Origin: Schmidtea polychroa
Lineage: Eukaryota
Assembly (NCBI GenBank): GCA_044892525.1
Contig: CM097887.1
Location: forward strand, 71,176,001-71,240,000
Length of the DNA stretch: 64,000 nucleotides
Reading direction: 5' to 3'
This document shows, piece after piece, positions 48,391-57,451 of this stretch. The position numbers were made by a program, and so were the translations under genes. Within the stretch, counting starts at the first letter, position 1. Every line of letters begins with the position of its first letter. The notes under the pieces are model-generated. The model searched no databases. It was not told where the DNA came from and worked only from the letters and a program-made list of their open reading frames with translations.

Positions 48391-51300
48391 TACATTTTGG
48401 AAGTTGACCTGTAATATCAATATATTTTCAAAGCCTTCATTTAAACAAAAATGATTGTCAGCAATTCTTTTTATTGATCAAGCAACTTTTCGTTCAGCAT
48501 ACGGTATAAAATAATCTAAAAGGGTTTTATTCTTTATCACTAATAATATTTTAACAAGTTCTGTGTTTTTTTGGTCCCTGGGTGCTACAGCTATTTATTA
48601 TTGTCGATTTTGACACATCCTTGTCATTATCGATCACCTTTACATTTCATGATATATTTCATATTGCTCACAATTAGATCTACTGAGAAAATATACGTTC
48701 TTATACAATTTGGAAATTGTAGATTTCAAATTTTATGATCCATGTAAGTAGAAGGAAGTGTGCTCCATGAGGCGTCGTTAAACAAAAACATTTTGGGGGT
48801 ACAAGTTTTTTACCCCTTAGAAATTTTTTTTGAACAAAGACAATGACTCATCAAGGTAATTGAAACAAAGAACATGACTTATCGATTACTCATGGGGTGA
48901 CTAATTTCAAATTTGAATTTCCAAATGTCAAATAAGGTCAAACCTTCAACCAAGGGTATCATTCGAAAGGTCTTGAAGAGGTCTATCCAATGGTCATACC
49001 CTTGAAGGTTTTTGGTGTAAAATGTTAATAAACCAAAACTCGTGAACCAAATGTCGTGAACCAAAACTCGTGAACCAGTTGTCGTGAACCAAATGCCGTG
49101 AACCAATTGTCGATGAACCAAATGCCGTGAACCAATTGTCAATGAACCATTTGTCAGTGAACCAGTTGTCGTGGATCCGTTTCTAACATATCGCATTCCA
49201 CATTTTATTTAGTAGGGAAAGAGTAAAATAAGCAATGCAAATTATTATTTTTTAATAAAATTTCAATTTAAAAAATTTTTGGAAATTTTGAAAAAAAATG
49301 TAATGGGAAAAATGGAAAAAAAGCATAGAAAAGCGTAATTTATAATTGAAATATTGAATTTAAAGTTGCGTTTTAGATATTTAGGAATTAATATAAAAAC
49401 GTTTGATCGAAGTCGGTGAAAATTATTACAATCCCATAGAATAGATTTTTCCCGAAATTATTAGTGAACGAAATCATTTAAGACCTTTGTGTTTAAATAT
49501 AATTTTATGAAATTTATCTTTTTTTAAATATATTATAAAAATTCATAAAAATTATGATCATTTACATTTCATTAAAAATATTAAATCTTCTATAAAGTGA
49601 AACTTTTAAAATACCAACTGATCATAATATATGTCCGTGACGCGCATAATTTATTACAGCTCCGGTAATTTACAAGTTAATGTAAAAATTCACTCATGTT
49701 CACGTGTACACTTCAAAAATTCAGTATAAACCCTAGTTGACAAAATAATTAGAGACTCTTCCAGGTTCACTATATATTTCGAATATTGCTTGAAACATTA
49801 ACACTTAGAGTGCGAGTCCAAAGATACATATCAAGAATTAACAAAGTATTTCATTCAGTGAACTAATTCAAAGTTTGCCTTCTACAGGAATGTCAAACTA
49901 TTTAGTTAAAGTACCGGAAGTTGCGACAAGGATATCGATTTTCAAGGCAATCTCACTACCAAGGCTTGATCCTATTCATGGTGCTAATCCATTTTTTGTA
50001 TTAATCTGTGAAAATCAAAAATGCATCAGTAGTATTTGTCATGGAACTATGGAGCCTGAATGGGACGAAAGTTTTATATTCTATAGAAAGTATTTCAGCA
50101 AAGAACCAATAATTTTACTGGTAATCTTAATTTTGTTAATATACTTAACAGTTAAATAATAGTTTCAAATATCTTTATAAAAATTTGTTTTACTTTCTGT
50201 TGGGAACGGTGGTTCTCATGGAAGAGTTGAAATTATTAAATGCTCCCTGTGGTAAATTTCTTAATTTTTTTTGAGTATTTTTATTTTGCTCGATGGTTTA
50301 GAATTGCTAGTCCGACTTCACCTCCTCTTGATAAAATAATTCGAACTCAACACAATTAATTTTTATGAATATTACAGTTCACAATCTTTCAGTTTCTATG
50401 AATACAACTCAAAAAACTTTACTTTATTTAATAGTAGGTAACTTCGAAGATTCATTCGAAGACCATCTTGAGTATAATAGTTAAATGAATCTGATTTGAC
50501 TTACATAAACTTAAGTAATAGTTCCGCCCGTATCTACATTTAAACAATGAAACAATTTTCTATATTGTATTTTAAAATACACAATGCAACATTTAAAACA
50601 ATTCAGGAGATAGGGTGTGTCTCTCTCAAAGCCTCGATAATCTCCATAAACGGGTTTCGATCCTCCTTTCTTATGTTTCTAATTTTTTTTCAAAATCACT
50701 TGAAAAAAGGCTGTGCCGAAAATTAGTGAATTTCAAAGAAAGCATCAATATCTTTACTGATTCAGTGATTTTTTTTAATAAATACAATGTCAATTCAAAA
50801 GAAATCATTGGTAAAAATTGATTGAAGTTTTTATAGTTATATATGTTTGATAATACAATAAAGTGATAATTTTAGCCTTGATAATAGTAATTCTGCTCAG
50901 TACGAGAGGAACCACAGATTCGGATCACTGGTAAATGTTCTTGATCAAAAGATCAGTGGCACGAAGCTACCTTCCGAGAGATTAAGACTGAACGCCTCTA
51001 AGTCTAAATCTCGCTTAAAAATCATGGGAAAAGATCTTAAAAAATGAAAAATATAAAATATTTTTTTAATGTAAAATTAAACTAAATACTGCTCGTTTTG
51101 AGCGTGTGATGAGTTGTGCTGTTACTCTGAATGGCATGAAATAAAGTTGAAAAGTTTATTTATAATAAATAATTTTTTTTCTACTTCTAGTTTAACTTAA
51201 CATTTAAAAAAAATATTATTTTATATTTTTCATTTTAAAAAATTATGTTTTTTATTACGATAGCTATAATATTTTGTGACCCAAATATTGGTCTTATAAA

Positions 51301-53358
51301 ATTTTATCTCATGACAAAATTATTTAATTTAATGTTTAAACATTCTGACAAAGTGATTAAACATTTTGATAAAGATGATGAAACATTTAGGGAAACCTTG
51401 TAATTGATTTTAATTTTTAATTTGCAATAAAAAATATTATAAATTCATAATTATTTTAAATGCCAAACTTTAATGAAAGTAAATCTTCTGTATCAATCAG
51501 CTATATATATCAGTCCTCATCAGTGGCATCGATTCCATAATAATGTCTGATTGCATAACCTTTACCTACATACTGATATTATTTGTTTGAATTGGAATAT
51601 TTAAATTCTGATTGGTTAAGAAAATATCTAACTAAATACATATGAAAAGGATAAGTTATTAATGAAAATGGTATTTGTAGGAACATAAAACTAATTCGTA
51701 CAATATATTTATTGAAAGTCACACCAAATTGACCGATCATAGAAATATCTGTTCCATGAAAGATTTGGTACCTGATCTGGTGATTGTACCGAGATTGTTG
51801 ATAGTTCAGCTTTGGTCATACTGACTCCAGTATCGTACAATGTCAAAGTATTGGAATCTTTATCTTGAATAGCTTTAATCACTAACTCCTTTAACTTCCA
51901 GATTGATGGGCCAGTCAAGCTCTTGTAACGAACTTTATCAAGAGCATCACTAGCATTGGAAATCAATCCTCTAAGGAAGATTCCTCTCTTAGAATCAAGC
52001 TCGTCAACTGAGAAATCTCAACTTGGAAACGAAGGTTTCAGCTTCTCGAATGTTTGACACTTTTTTAATAGATCTTAATATGAATTAACAGTGGTGATGT
52101 TCGAAAGAAGCATGAATCTTATTTTTTTGAATATTTAAACAATCATCTTAATTTAATAATGTATTTTAAATTTAATTATTAAATTGGTATATTTATAAAT
52201 TTGCAAGCCAGGGACACTGCACTTGGTACTGAAGAATCAATCTAAAAAAGATATCAATGTTTGTAAATATGATAAAGGCAACGGTTTAGTTATTTTGGAC
52301 CATGGCGTCTACATTAGCAAATTAAATAATGTTTTATTAGCTCCACAGTTTATGAAAGTCGAGATAACCCGTATTAATGGGAAGTTACCACCGATGAAGG
52401 ATTATCAGATAAGAAACATATGAACGTTGACTTGTCTAAGTCTATTCAACCGAAAGGCTCCAAACCAGCCAAACTTTATGGACTACCTTAAGTACATAAA
52501 GTGGGTATGTCAATGAGACCGGTCTAGTTGATGGTAGAAATTGCTTAATACAAAATTACAAAGTTTTTGAATGGGTTATTAAAACCTTTAATGATTACTG
52601 ATTTTGAATGTTATGACAGCTTTGAATTTTCAACGTTTATTGCACAGCTGAATAAAATAAATTACAGATGAATTTATGGTATCATTCAATGTGTGTAGTC
52701 TATTTTCGAATGTCCCACTATTGGAAACGATTGATTTATGTTGCAAGATGTGGAAAGAAAATGTTATCGAACATGCAAAGTTGATAAGATTTTCTTTTTT
52801 ACAATGAGTGGTATAAACAGGGTGATGGTGTTGCTATGGGTTCTCCATTGACTCCAACATTGGCATCTATTTTCAAGTCAAGTTGAGAAAAGAAAATTTC
52901 ATCATACAATTTAACTAAACCAACTATGTATAAACGATATGTTGATGATATGTTTTTAGTGTTTGAGAATCGTGAGTATGTACAACCTTTCTTAGATTAT
53001 ATGAATGATTTTCATATGAATATTAAATGTAATGCCTTATTTATTCAATTTCTTTTTAATCAGTTAATTTTTAATAATCTCAACCTTCCAAGGTCTATTT
53101 TCTTTATTTTTTGTATTAATCCATAATTGTTTACACTTTCATATATTTTTCTTTAATTATTTTAAATGGATTTAGGTCTACAGTCGGTCGGGAATAGTTG
53201 ATGAATTTATTGGGAAACAGGCATTTGAAGGAAATAGCAAGGAAGAAAATCAAGTTTTAGAATTCAAGTTGCTAGGTAAGAAACCTGATTCCGTGTCTCA
53301 TGGATCTATTTTTGTTCAGTATAAAACATATCCGATCAACGAGTACACAATGCTTTGA
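20501..53358 (+). CDS. CAPN5: Calpain-5 / TRA-3-type cysteine protease, spliced CDS: join(20501-20842,27164-~27372,28249-28435,33740-33958,34005-34244,37514-37642,44291-44493,49859-50120,53176-53358), ~657 aa
   Basis: Exons translate collinearly with calpain-5: QGRLGNCWF (Cys), GHAYA (His), RNPWG (Asn), domain III (NPQY...[10 protein letters not shown]...[13 protein letters not shown]) and a C-terminal C2 domain with no EF-hand domain. All visible junctions are GT..AG with compatible phases. The end of exon 2 (about 11 nt, assumed AYAK) lies in an N-gap. Confidence 0.93.
23486..23613. other. Assembly gap (N x128)
   Basis: Run of N. Confidence 1.
23915..24125 (+). repeat. Dispersed repeat family A (GGAACAAAGA..ATGACTCATCA..CAACCAAGGGTAT.ATTCGAAAGGTCTT)
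   Basis: Similar segments at 48833-49000 and 59915-59990. Confidence 0.6.
24175..24250 (+). mobile_element. Terminus of the TA-flanked TIR family, downstream of the pPolB stop
   Basis: GTTTATCCGACAAAATATTTTGTTCCCCTATGGG...AAGGGTACTGCTCACATTCAACAT matches the reverse complement of 61915-61990 and 63790-63875; preceded by (TA)n at 24150-24174. Confidence 0.75.
24447..27016 (-). mobile_element. Polinton/Maverick (adintovirus-like) protein-primed DNA polymerase B remnant
   Basis: Collinear decayed motifs: [109 protein letters not shown]. Many stops and frameshifts; cut by the gap at 27017. Confidence 0.88.
27017..27162. other. Assembly gap (N x146)
   Basis: Run of N. Confidence 1.
27164..27361 (+). 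CDS. CAPN5: CAPN5 coding exon 2 ([10 protein letters not shown]...[17 protein letters not shown]...[10 protein letters not shown]), 3' end lost in gap
   Basis: Canonical calpain PC1 motifs; bounded on both sides by N-gaps. Confidence 0.9.
27362..27495. other. Assembly gap (N x134)
   Basis: Run of N. Confidence 1.
28249..28435 (+). CDS. CAPN5: CAPN5 coding exon 3 ([11 protein letters not shown]...VDFTGGLAE...LIAAAIP)
   Basis: TTATTAG acceptor (phase 2), GTAAGT donor at 28436; not in the ORF track. Confidence 0.92.
28867..29167 (+). mobile_element. hAT Buster-type deletion derivative carrying the transposase C-terminus
   Basis: TIR CAGGGTTTTTCAAA / TTTGAGAACCACTG; perfect TSD GAATAGCT; encodes [23 protein letters not shown]. 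Confidence 0.88.
29892..32947 (+). mobile_element. Near-complete hAT (Ac/BED-type) transposon; transposase split into ORFs 30664-30882, 30911-31492 and 31489-32655
   Basis: BED finger (VWFYF..CKKC..HLKTLH), [35 protein letters not shown]. Left TIR TAGGGCTTGCAATACCGG with a degenerate right copy; many ATACCGG subterminal repeats; partial TSD (G)TTCTAAA. Confidence 0.93.
33160..33231. mobile_element. Right end of a hAT/Charlie-type MITE
   Basis: Ends AAAAAGGTTGGGAACCCCTG; no left end found. Confidence 0.5.
33740..33958 (+). CDS. CAPN5: CAPN5 coding exon 4 (AMTPEEQ...GHAYA...[20 protein letters not shown])
   Basis: Catalytic His and Asn motifs; TTTAG acceptor, GTAAGT donor at 33959. Confidence 0.93.
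34005..34244 (+). CDS. CAPN5: CAPN5 coding exon 5 (EWEIVSK...DDGEFWMTF...[15 protein letters not shown])
   Basis: Follows a 46-nt intron (33959-34004, GTAAGT..TCAAG); donor GTAACA at 34245. Confidence 0.9.
34503..34590 (+). repeat. Short repeat with a degenerate hammerhead-like core, copy 1
   Basis: TATCCTACCTGATGATCATTGGAAAACTGTC...TATATC.TAAA aligns with 38037-38120. Confidence 0.5.
36720..37330 (+). mobile_element. Purine-skewed decayed element related to 56610-57450
   Basis: Shares ATATCTCGACA.CT.TCAGA.ATAA and AGGCTGG motifs with 56810-56915. Confidence 0.4.
37514..37642 (+). CDS. CAPN5: CAPN5 coding exon 6 ([20 protein letters not shown]...HIGYSILK)
   Basis: TTTCTAG acceptor, GTAAGT donor, 129 nt open in phase 0; matches calpain domain III. 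Confidence 0.88.
38037..38120 (+). repeat. Short repeat with a minimal hammerhead-like core, copy 2
   Basis: CTGATGA-T-G(ACTG)C-GAAAC-TGTC at 38049-38071. Confidence 0.5.
38693..39335 (-). mobile_element. Merlin transposon, internally deleted (second subfamily)
   Basis: ~46-bp TIR GG(C/A)ATAATCCTATTA..; perfect 8-bp TSD ATTTTAAC; minus strand [37 protein letters not shown]. Confidence 0.92.
39419..42763 (+). mobile_element. piggyBac-derived element (acidic N-terminus and Cys-rich C-terminal remnants) hosting a nested hAT
   Basis: TTAA on both flanks; TIR CAATAAACCTACC vs CACTAAACTTACC; internal ACGGGTCATTTGACCC repeat; [20 protein letters not shown] at ~42520-42580. Confidence 0.75.
39557..41959 (+). 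mobile_element. hAT (Ac/BED-type) transposon, heavily frameshifted, nested in the piggyBac derivative
   Basis: BED finger [40 protein letters not shown]; TIR T(T)AGGAATGTCA vs TAAGGATGTCA; TSD ATATTT(A/T)C. Confidence 0.88.
42783..42870. repeat. Small dispersed repeat; inverted copy at 50690-50765
   Basis: GATATCGATT..TTCAC.ATTTTCGGCACAGCCTTTTCAAGT vs ACTTGAAAAAAGGCTGTGCCGAAAAT. Confidence 0.6.
43440..43660 (-). repeat. Degenerate ~97-bp tandem repeat (about 2.3 copies)
   Basis: Minus-strand units AAAATTAGAATT..ACAAAG..AGA..GTACCAGAG.AAATT..GAAGAGAAAATTG. Confidence 0.55.
43663..43792. repeat. 130-nt near-perfect hairpin (foldback)
   Basis: 54-bp arms with 1 mismatch and a ~22-nt loop. Confidence 0.9.
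44291..44493 (+). CDS. CAPN5: CAPN5 coding exon 7 ([10 protein letters not shown]...[13 protein letters not shown]...NP)
   Basis: TTTTTTTCAG acceptor; phase-2 donor GTAAAT at 44494 matches the phase-2 acceptor at 49858. Confidence 0.9.
44989..45346 (+). mobile_element. Merlin MITE (358 bp), deletion derivative of the 1573-2017 family
   Basis: Perfect 35-bp TIR GGTACTTCCGTGTTATCTTACCCCCAAAAATTAAA; perfect 8-bp TSD GAACTTGC. Confidence 0.95.
46060..46727 (+). mobile_element. Gypsy integrase C-terminal remnant, PPT and 3' LTR (46558-46727)
   Basis: [54 protein letters not shown]; GGGGGAA PPT then TGT...CAACA containing AATAAA. Confidence 0.75.
46753..46962 (-). mobile_element. IS630/Tc1-type transposase N-terminal HTH fragment
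   Basis: [36 protein letters not shown]. Confidence 0.7.
47110..47420 (+). repeat. 112-bp tandem repeat (about 2.5 copies)
   Basis: ATTTGAC(C/T)TA.ATGATCCAGCGGTGGCC at 47110 and 47222; partial at 47334. Confidence 0.75.
47451..48215. mobile_element. Mutator-like foldback non-autonomous element
   Basis: Perfect 9-bp TSD TAAAAATGT; 28-bp imperfect TIR ending ATCGACTTCTAG; arrays of AAAACATC(G/T)A inverted at the two ends. Confidence 0.8.
48316..48385. repeat. (TA)n microsatellite
   Basis: About 35 perfect units. Confidence 1.
49027..49177 (+). repeat. 14-15-bp tandem array (CGTGAACCAAATGT consensus, about 10 units) at the end of a family-A repeat
   Basis: Units at 49041, 49055, 49069, 49083, 49097, 49111, 49126, 49141, 49156, 49170. 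Confidence 0.9.
49859..50120 (+). CDS. CAPN5: CAPN5 coding exon 8, C2 domain (ELIQSLP...[11 protein letters not shown]...[13 protein letters not shown]...IILL)
   Basis: TTCAG acceptor, GTAATC donor at 50121; C2 domain typical of CAPN5/6. Confidence 0.88.
50875..51015 (+). pseudogene. 28S rRNA 3'-region fragment including the sarcin-ricin loop
   Basis: GTAATTCTGCTCAGTACGAGAGGAACC...GAAGCTACC...GACTGAACGCCTCTAAGTC match conserved eukaryotic LSU motifs; isolated ~140 nt inside a CAPN5 intron. Confidence 0.9.
51709..52060 (-). pseudogene. HSP90: HSP90 N-terminal fragment, copy 2
   Basis: [65 protein letters not shown], with frameshifts and deletions. Confidence 0.9.
52200..53030 (+). mobile_element. 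Penelope-like element reverse transcriptase remnant
   Basis: [58 protein letters not shown]. Confidence 0.88.
53176..53358 (+). CDS. CAPN5: CAPN5 terminal coding exon 9 ([14 protein letters not shown]...[18 protein letters not shown])
   Basis: TTTAG acceptor, 183 nt open to TGA; matches the end of the CAPN5 C2 domain; not in the ORF track. Confidence 0.87.
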   Translation, partial: VYSRSGIVDEFIGKQAFEGNSKEENQVLEFKLLGKKPDSVSHGSIFVQYKTYPINEYTML

Positions 53359-54107
53359 TTTATATTTATTTTCTAATTTTGTCATTTCTCATATTTAGAA
53401 TTTGTTTTCAAATAGAACTCCCAATTTAATTCAAATTGTTAATATTTGAGAATTCGATGAGTTAAACTCACTTAAAATAAATAAAAGTAAAAAAATATTT
53501 AAAAATTAGTGGGTTTTAAATTAACAAATAATAATAGTCCGTTAGCCTCTGTCTCGTCATTTTAACTCGATAAAAAACACTCTCAAAGTAGATTTATATT
53601 CAATTATTATTACAAATTATGAAGATATACATATAACCTTACTTTTGTCTTCTTCTTCCCTGGCTGCGTCAAATTTAGAATTTCTGAAATCTTAGTATCT
53701 TTTTATAGTCTTGGTAATCTTTTATTTGATGATTTCTGTCTAACGTTGTTATATTATGCCCTTCAACTTTTCCGATTATCATCACAAATAATTTTTGATT
53801 TGCTTTGGATTTTACTATGGCCTAATCTTTCCTGCAATAAACTGCCATTAATCAAGTTGTCATGATAACAGTTTTCTGAAATCCAATTTGTTGATCATTC
53901 TTGTTTACCTAACTTGGTTTTCCCTTAATTAATTAGAAATGTTCTGTTTTAACATAGTCCATTATTTTTTGAACTCTTCAGGCCATTTTTTGACAAATCC
54001 TTTTTACCATATCGTTTATCGTAATCTAATCTATCACTAATCTAATTTGCATATTCAAACTCGAAAAATTAACCATTTATTTATTTTCTGCTAACTTACA
54101 TTTTGTG

Positions 54108-54330
54108 GAACTTTTGTCGTATTTCCCCACAGTTAAATAATTAGTTAAATAAATAAATAATTAAACAAAACATCATCTCTAAATAAAAAAATACATTGAG
54201 TACGACCAGTCTCCATGTAACCTGTATCCCTAGAGGGTTAAAATATTTTTGTCGGCTAAACTCAGACTATGTGTAAATGTCAATATTTTTAACTAATTAT
54301 TTAACTGTGGAGAAATACGACAAAAGTAGC
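54108..54330. mobile_element. Mutator-like MITE (223 bp) enclosing an ~85-bp module
   Basis: 39-bp TIR CTTTTGTCGTATTT(C/T)CCACAGTTAAATAATTAGTTAAA (38/39); 9-bp TSD CATTTTGTG. Confidence 0.8.
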
Positions 54331-54863
54331 CATTTTGTGACTTATTTAGTTATACATTTTTCGTCAACTCTGTTTACATTAAATTTCTTTTTATCCTCTA
54401 TCCTATAATTGCTTGCACTTAGACATTTCTATTTTGTTTAGATTCATTTTCATTTTTTTAACTTTATTAAAATTAATAAGAAAAAAAACTTTCCTATAAA
54501 TCAAAACTTTTTAAAGTGTGGGTGCGCAAGAAGTTCTTTTACGATTTATTTTTAATGTGAAAATGAAAATGCAAGGTTGTTTATTGATAAAAATTTTTAT
54601 TAAAACATTTTAAATCGTCAAAAAATATTTGAAATATGCTGTTAATTAGATTAAATACATGGTGAACTTTTTTGAATTTTATGACTTGAAATTTTATTAT
54701 TTTTTATACAGTAAATTCTCGATAAATTTCACATTTGATTGGGTTGTAAAAAATAGATGAAAAATAAAATTACAATTCATTGTGCAAAAAAATATTTAAA
54801 TGTGTAAAATTTCAGAATTCATATTTCTTGGATAAAAGGTGTGGCTAGGCACCCAAAGAAAAA

Positions 54864-55720
54864 TGTTGAGTATGTTGTAGTTTGTCGGTGATTATTGAAC
54901 TACCGATTACTGGTCTGACTCCGAGCGTGTTATTTAATAACGATAATGATAAACCCTAACGACATAAAACTTTATTGATTATCACAATTGATTACAACGA
55001 ATTCAACGACACCAATTTCAATACACTTCAAATGTTTCAAATACTTATTACAACCCCTCGGGAGGGATAGCACAATAATGTTAACGCTCTGGGAGCACAA
55101 CTGATCTGATCGCAAAATTGATCTGATCGCAAAATTGATCTGATTGCCTTTTTTACTTGATTTGAATTCCCCAAATACCTCTGATTTATTAATTCATTAC
55201 GCGTTTTCTTTTTATCTCTCTTCCAACTATTTTCCTGATTCTTAATACTTTATTTAAAATTCACTAGCAAATTTCTCTTGTCGCAAATTATTCTCATCTC
55301 TCCTAGTTGGTATGCAGTTTTATACTTTGCCATTTAATGGTACTTATTGATAATGCATTTATTTTTTTCACCTGTTCGATTGAGCAATCCGTAATCTCTC
55401 ACGGCTGAGAGATATGTATGTTTTGACGATCCAATCTCTCATTTTCCCCATGTCCTTTCTTTATCTCGAATAGGCCATCAAGATAACAAGATAATTTTAA
55501 CATTGTTTTTGCTATTTGTTTTGCTTCTTTTGCGCTTGTACTTGTTAATTAACAATGACTTTCCTTTATTCAATTGTCTGCTTTTATTAATTTTCTTCTG
55601 TTCATTATTCAACATCTCTTTTTCAATTGTATTTCACTGAGTTCCAGAACAACACCCCATTAATTTATCATCGTTTCTCCCAATTTAATAATTGTTTTTA
55701 TTTTATTATTTAGGTATTCT
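54864..55720 (-). mobile_element. LTR-like segment plus purine-skewed internal remnant related to 8200-9114
   Basis: Similarity described for 8930-9114; starts with TGTTGAG; contains an 18-bp tandem TGATCTGATCGCAAAATT at ~55102-55145. Confidence 0.45.
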
Positions 55721-55938
55721 CAACAAAAGATAATTACGAACATAATAATTTTAAATCGATTTAATTAGTAATTCCCTATGTAATACTAATTAAGAAAATA
55801 CAAACGAATTAATTAATGACGGGATTATGCCATTAAGGAAATAGAATTTCCGAGCCTGACAGTTACGTAAAGAAATTTTTTTCTGAAATATACACTTGAT
55901 AAAAGCTGTGCACGTTATATATTGTTTTGATCTACAGG

Positions 55939-56259
55939 CAAAGGCGTCTTTAGAAATTTGTCGCCCCTGTGCTATAAACTATAATGCGCCCCTAAAAAAA
56001 CAATTTTTACAAAAATATATTATGTTTATTATTAATATTACACATTATTGCATATACACATATTGCATATACATATAAATTTTAATTTATATATTAAACT
56101 AATTTTTTTTCGATTTTCTTTAATTTTGTTTTCTTTATAATTTTTCAATTTTTTTTTCAATTTTATCAAATTTATGGCTTTTATAAAATTTACGGCGCCC
56201 CTTCACTCACGGCGCCCCCTGTGCTTAGCACAGTTAGCACAATGGAAGCGACGGCGCAG
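55939..56259. mobile_element. hAT-type MITE with GGCGCCCC subterminal repeats
   Basis: TSD TCTACAGG/TCTATAGG (7/8); degenerate TIR. Confidence 0.65.
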
Positions 56260-56609
56260 TCTATAGGATTACAAATATTTTTATAATTTATTTAAGAATT
56301 TTAAAATATTGATTCACTCCTTGTGATATTTAGTAGTATAAAAATGCAAATGATTAAAATGATTAATTTACTTACAAATTCGGTTCTATTTTTACTATAG
56401 GAATTGCGTAAATTTACATTATTCATAAATCTTTAATATGATTAATAAATTTATCTTTAATAAATTTATGTTTTCTATATAAATAGTGATTTTGATTAAA
56501 AAATAAATCCTAGAAGTATTAGAAAATTATTGGGAAAACGGGTAAGTATAATAAAATTTTAAATATGTTGAGGATACCTAAATAACAAATTTATAAATAA
56601 ATAAAATTA

Positions 56610-57450
56610 CCTGGGGGAAGATCGTCATGGCAAACGGGACGATCTATTGGAACTCAGAAAAGAAAACGGAATTAAAAAGAAAGGAGAAATGAGAAAGAGG
56701 AATGAAACGAAAGAAATCAGACATGAAAACAAAAACAAAGCTCAGTACTAATTAATTAGTACAAAAAGGAAAAGGAATTTCGAAATGGGGAAAATAGAAA
56801 AAACAAGAATATTCTTATCTCGACAGCTTGTCAGAGATAACGGGAAAAAAACAAAAACAGGCTGGAGCCGCAAAAGGGAAAATTAGAAAATATCTCGACA
56901 GCTGTCAAAGATAACGCGGTCGCAGGGATTATTGGGAAATCATTTTGGAGAAAAGTGGGAAATTGAAGATAAACTGAAGTGCCACAAAGTGACGAGGTAT
57001 AAAAGGAGGAAGCACAGTAGAAGCAGTCATAAAGAATTAAGAAAACAATTAGGAGAATAAATTCGAAAAACAAGTAAGAGGAAATTTGGGAAATAATTTG
57101 GAGATATAATATTTAATTTATTTGGAGAATTTGAATAAAATTGAAGTGGAGAAATTAAAGAGAAAACAGAAATAAAGAGAAGCAGCAAGAGTTTATTCGG
57201 TGATAATAGAGAAAAGTTCGGAGAGTAAATCCAAGTCAAATCAGAAAACAACAAGTTAAAATTACCAATCATTACACTCCTCAGTTGTGAGGGATTTGTC
57301 AAATCAAGGTTATACGCGTGTGCTATTCTTCACCATTGTTAGACGCAATTAAATTCAAATCTTCTTCAAGCATTTATTTTTATAACAACTTCAAAATTGT
57401 GCCGTTTACTAGAGTATTTAAACACCGAGGCGTGATAATTATTAATATTA
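56610..57450 (+). mobile_element. Purine-skewed decayed element with an internal ~75-bp duplication
   Basis: ATCTCGACAGCT.GTCA.AGATAACG occurs twice; related to 36720-37330. Confidence 0.4.
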
Positions 57451-57451
57451 A

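Noticed and set aside
49027-49177. CRISPR-like array
   Set aside because: Units are 14-15 bp back-to-back with no unique spacers, there are no cas genes, and the context is eukaryotic.
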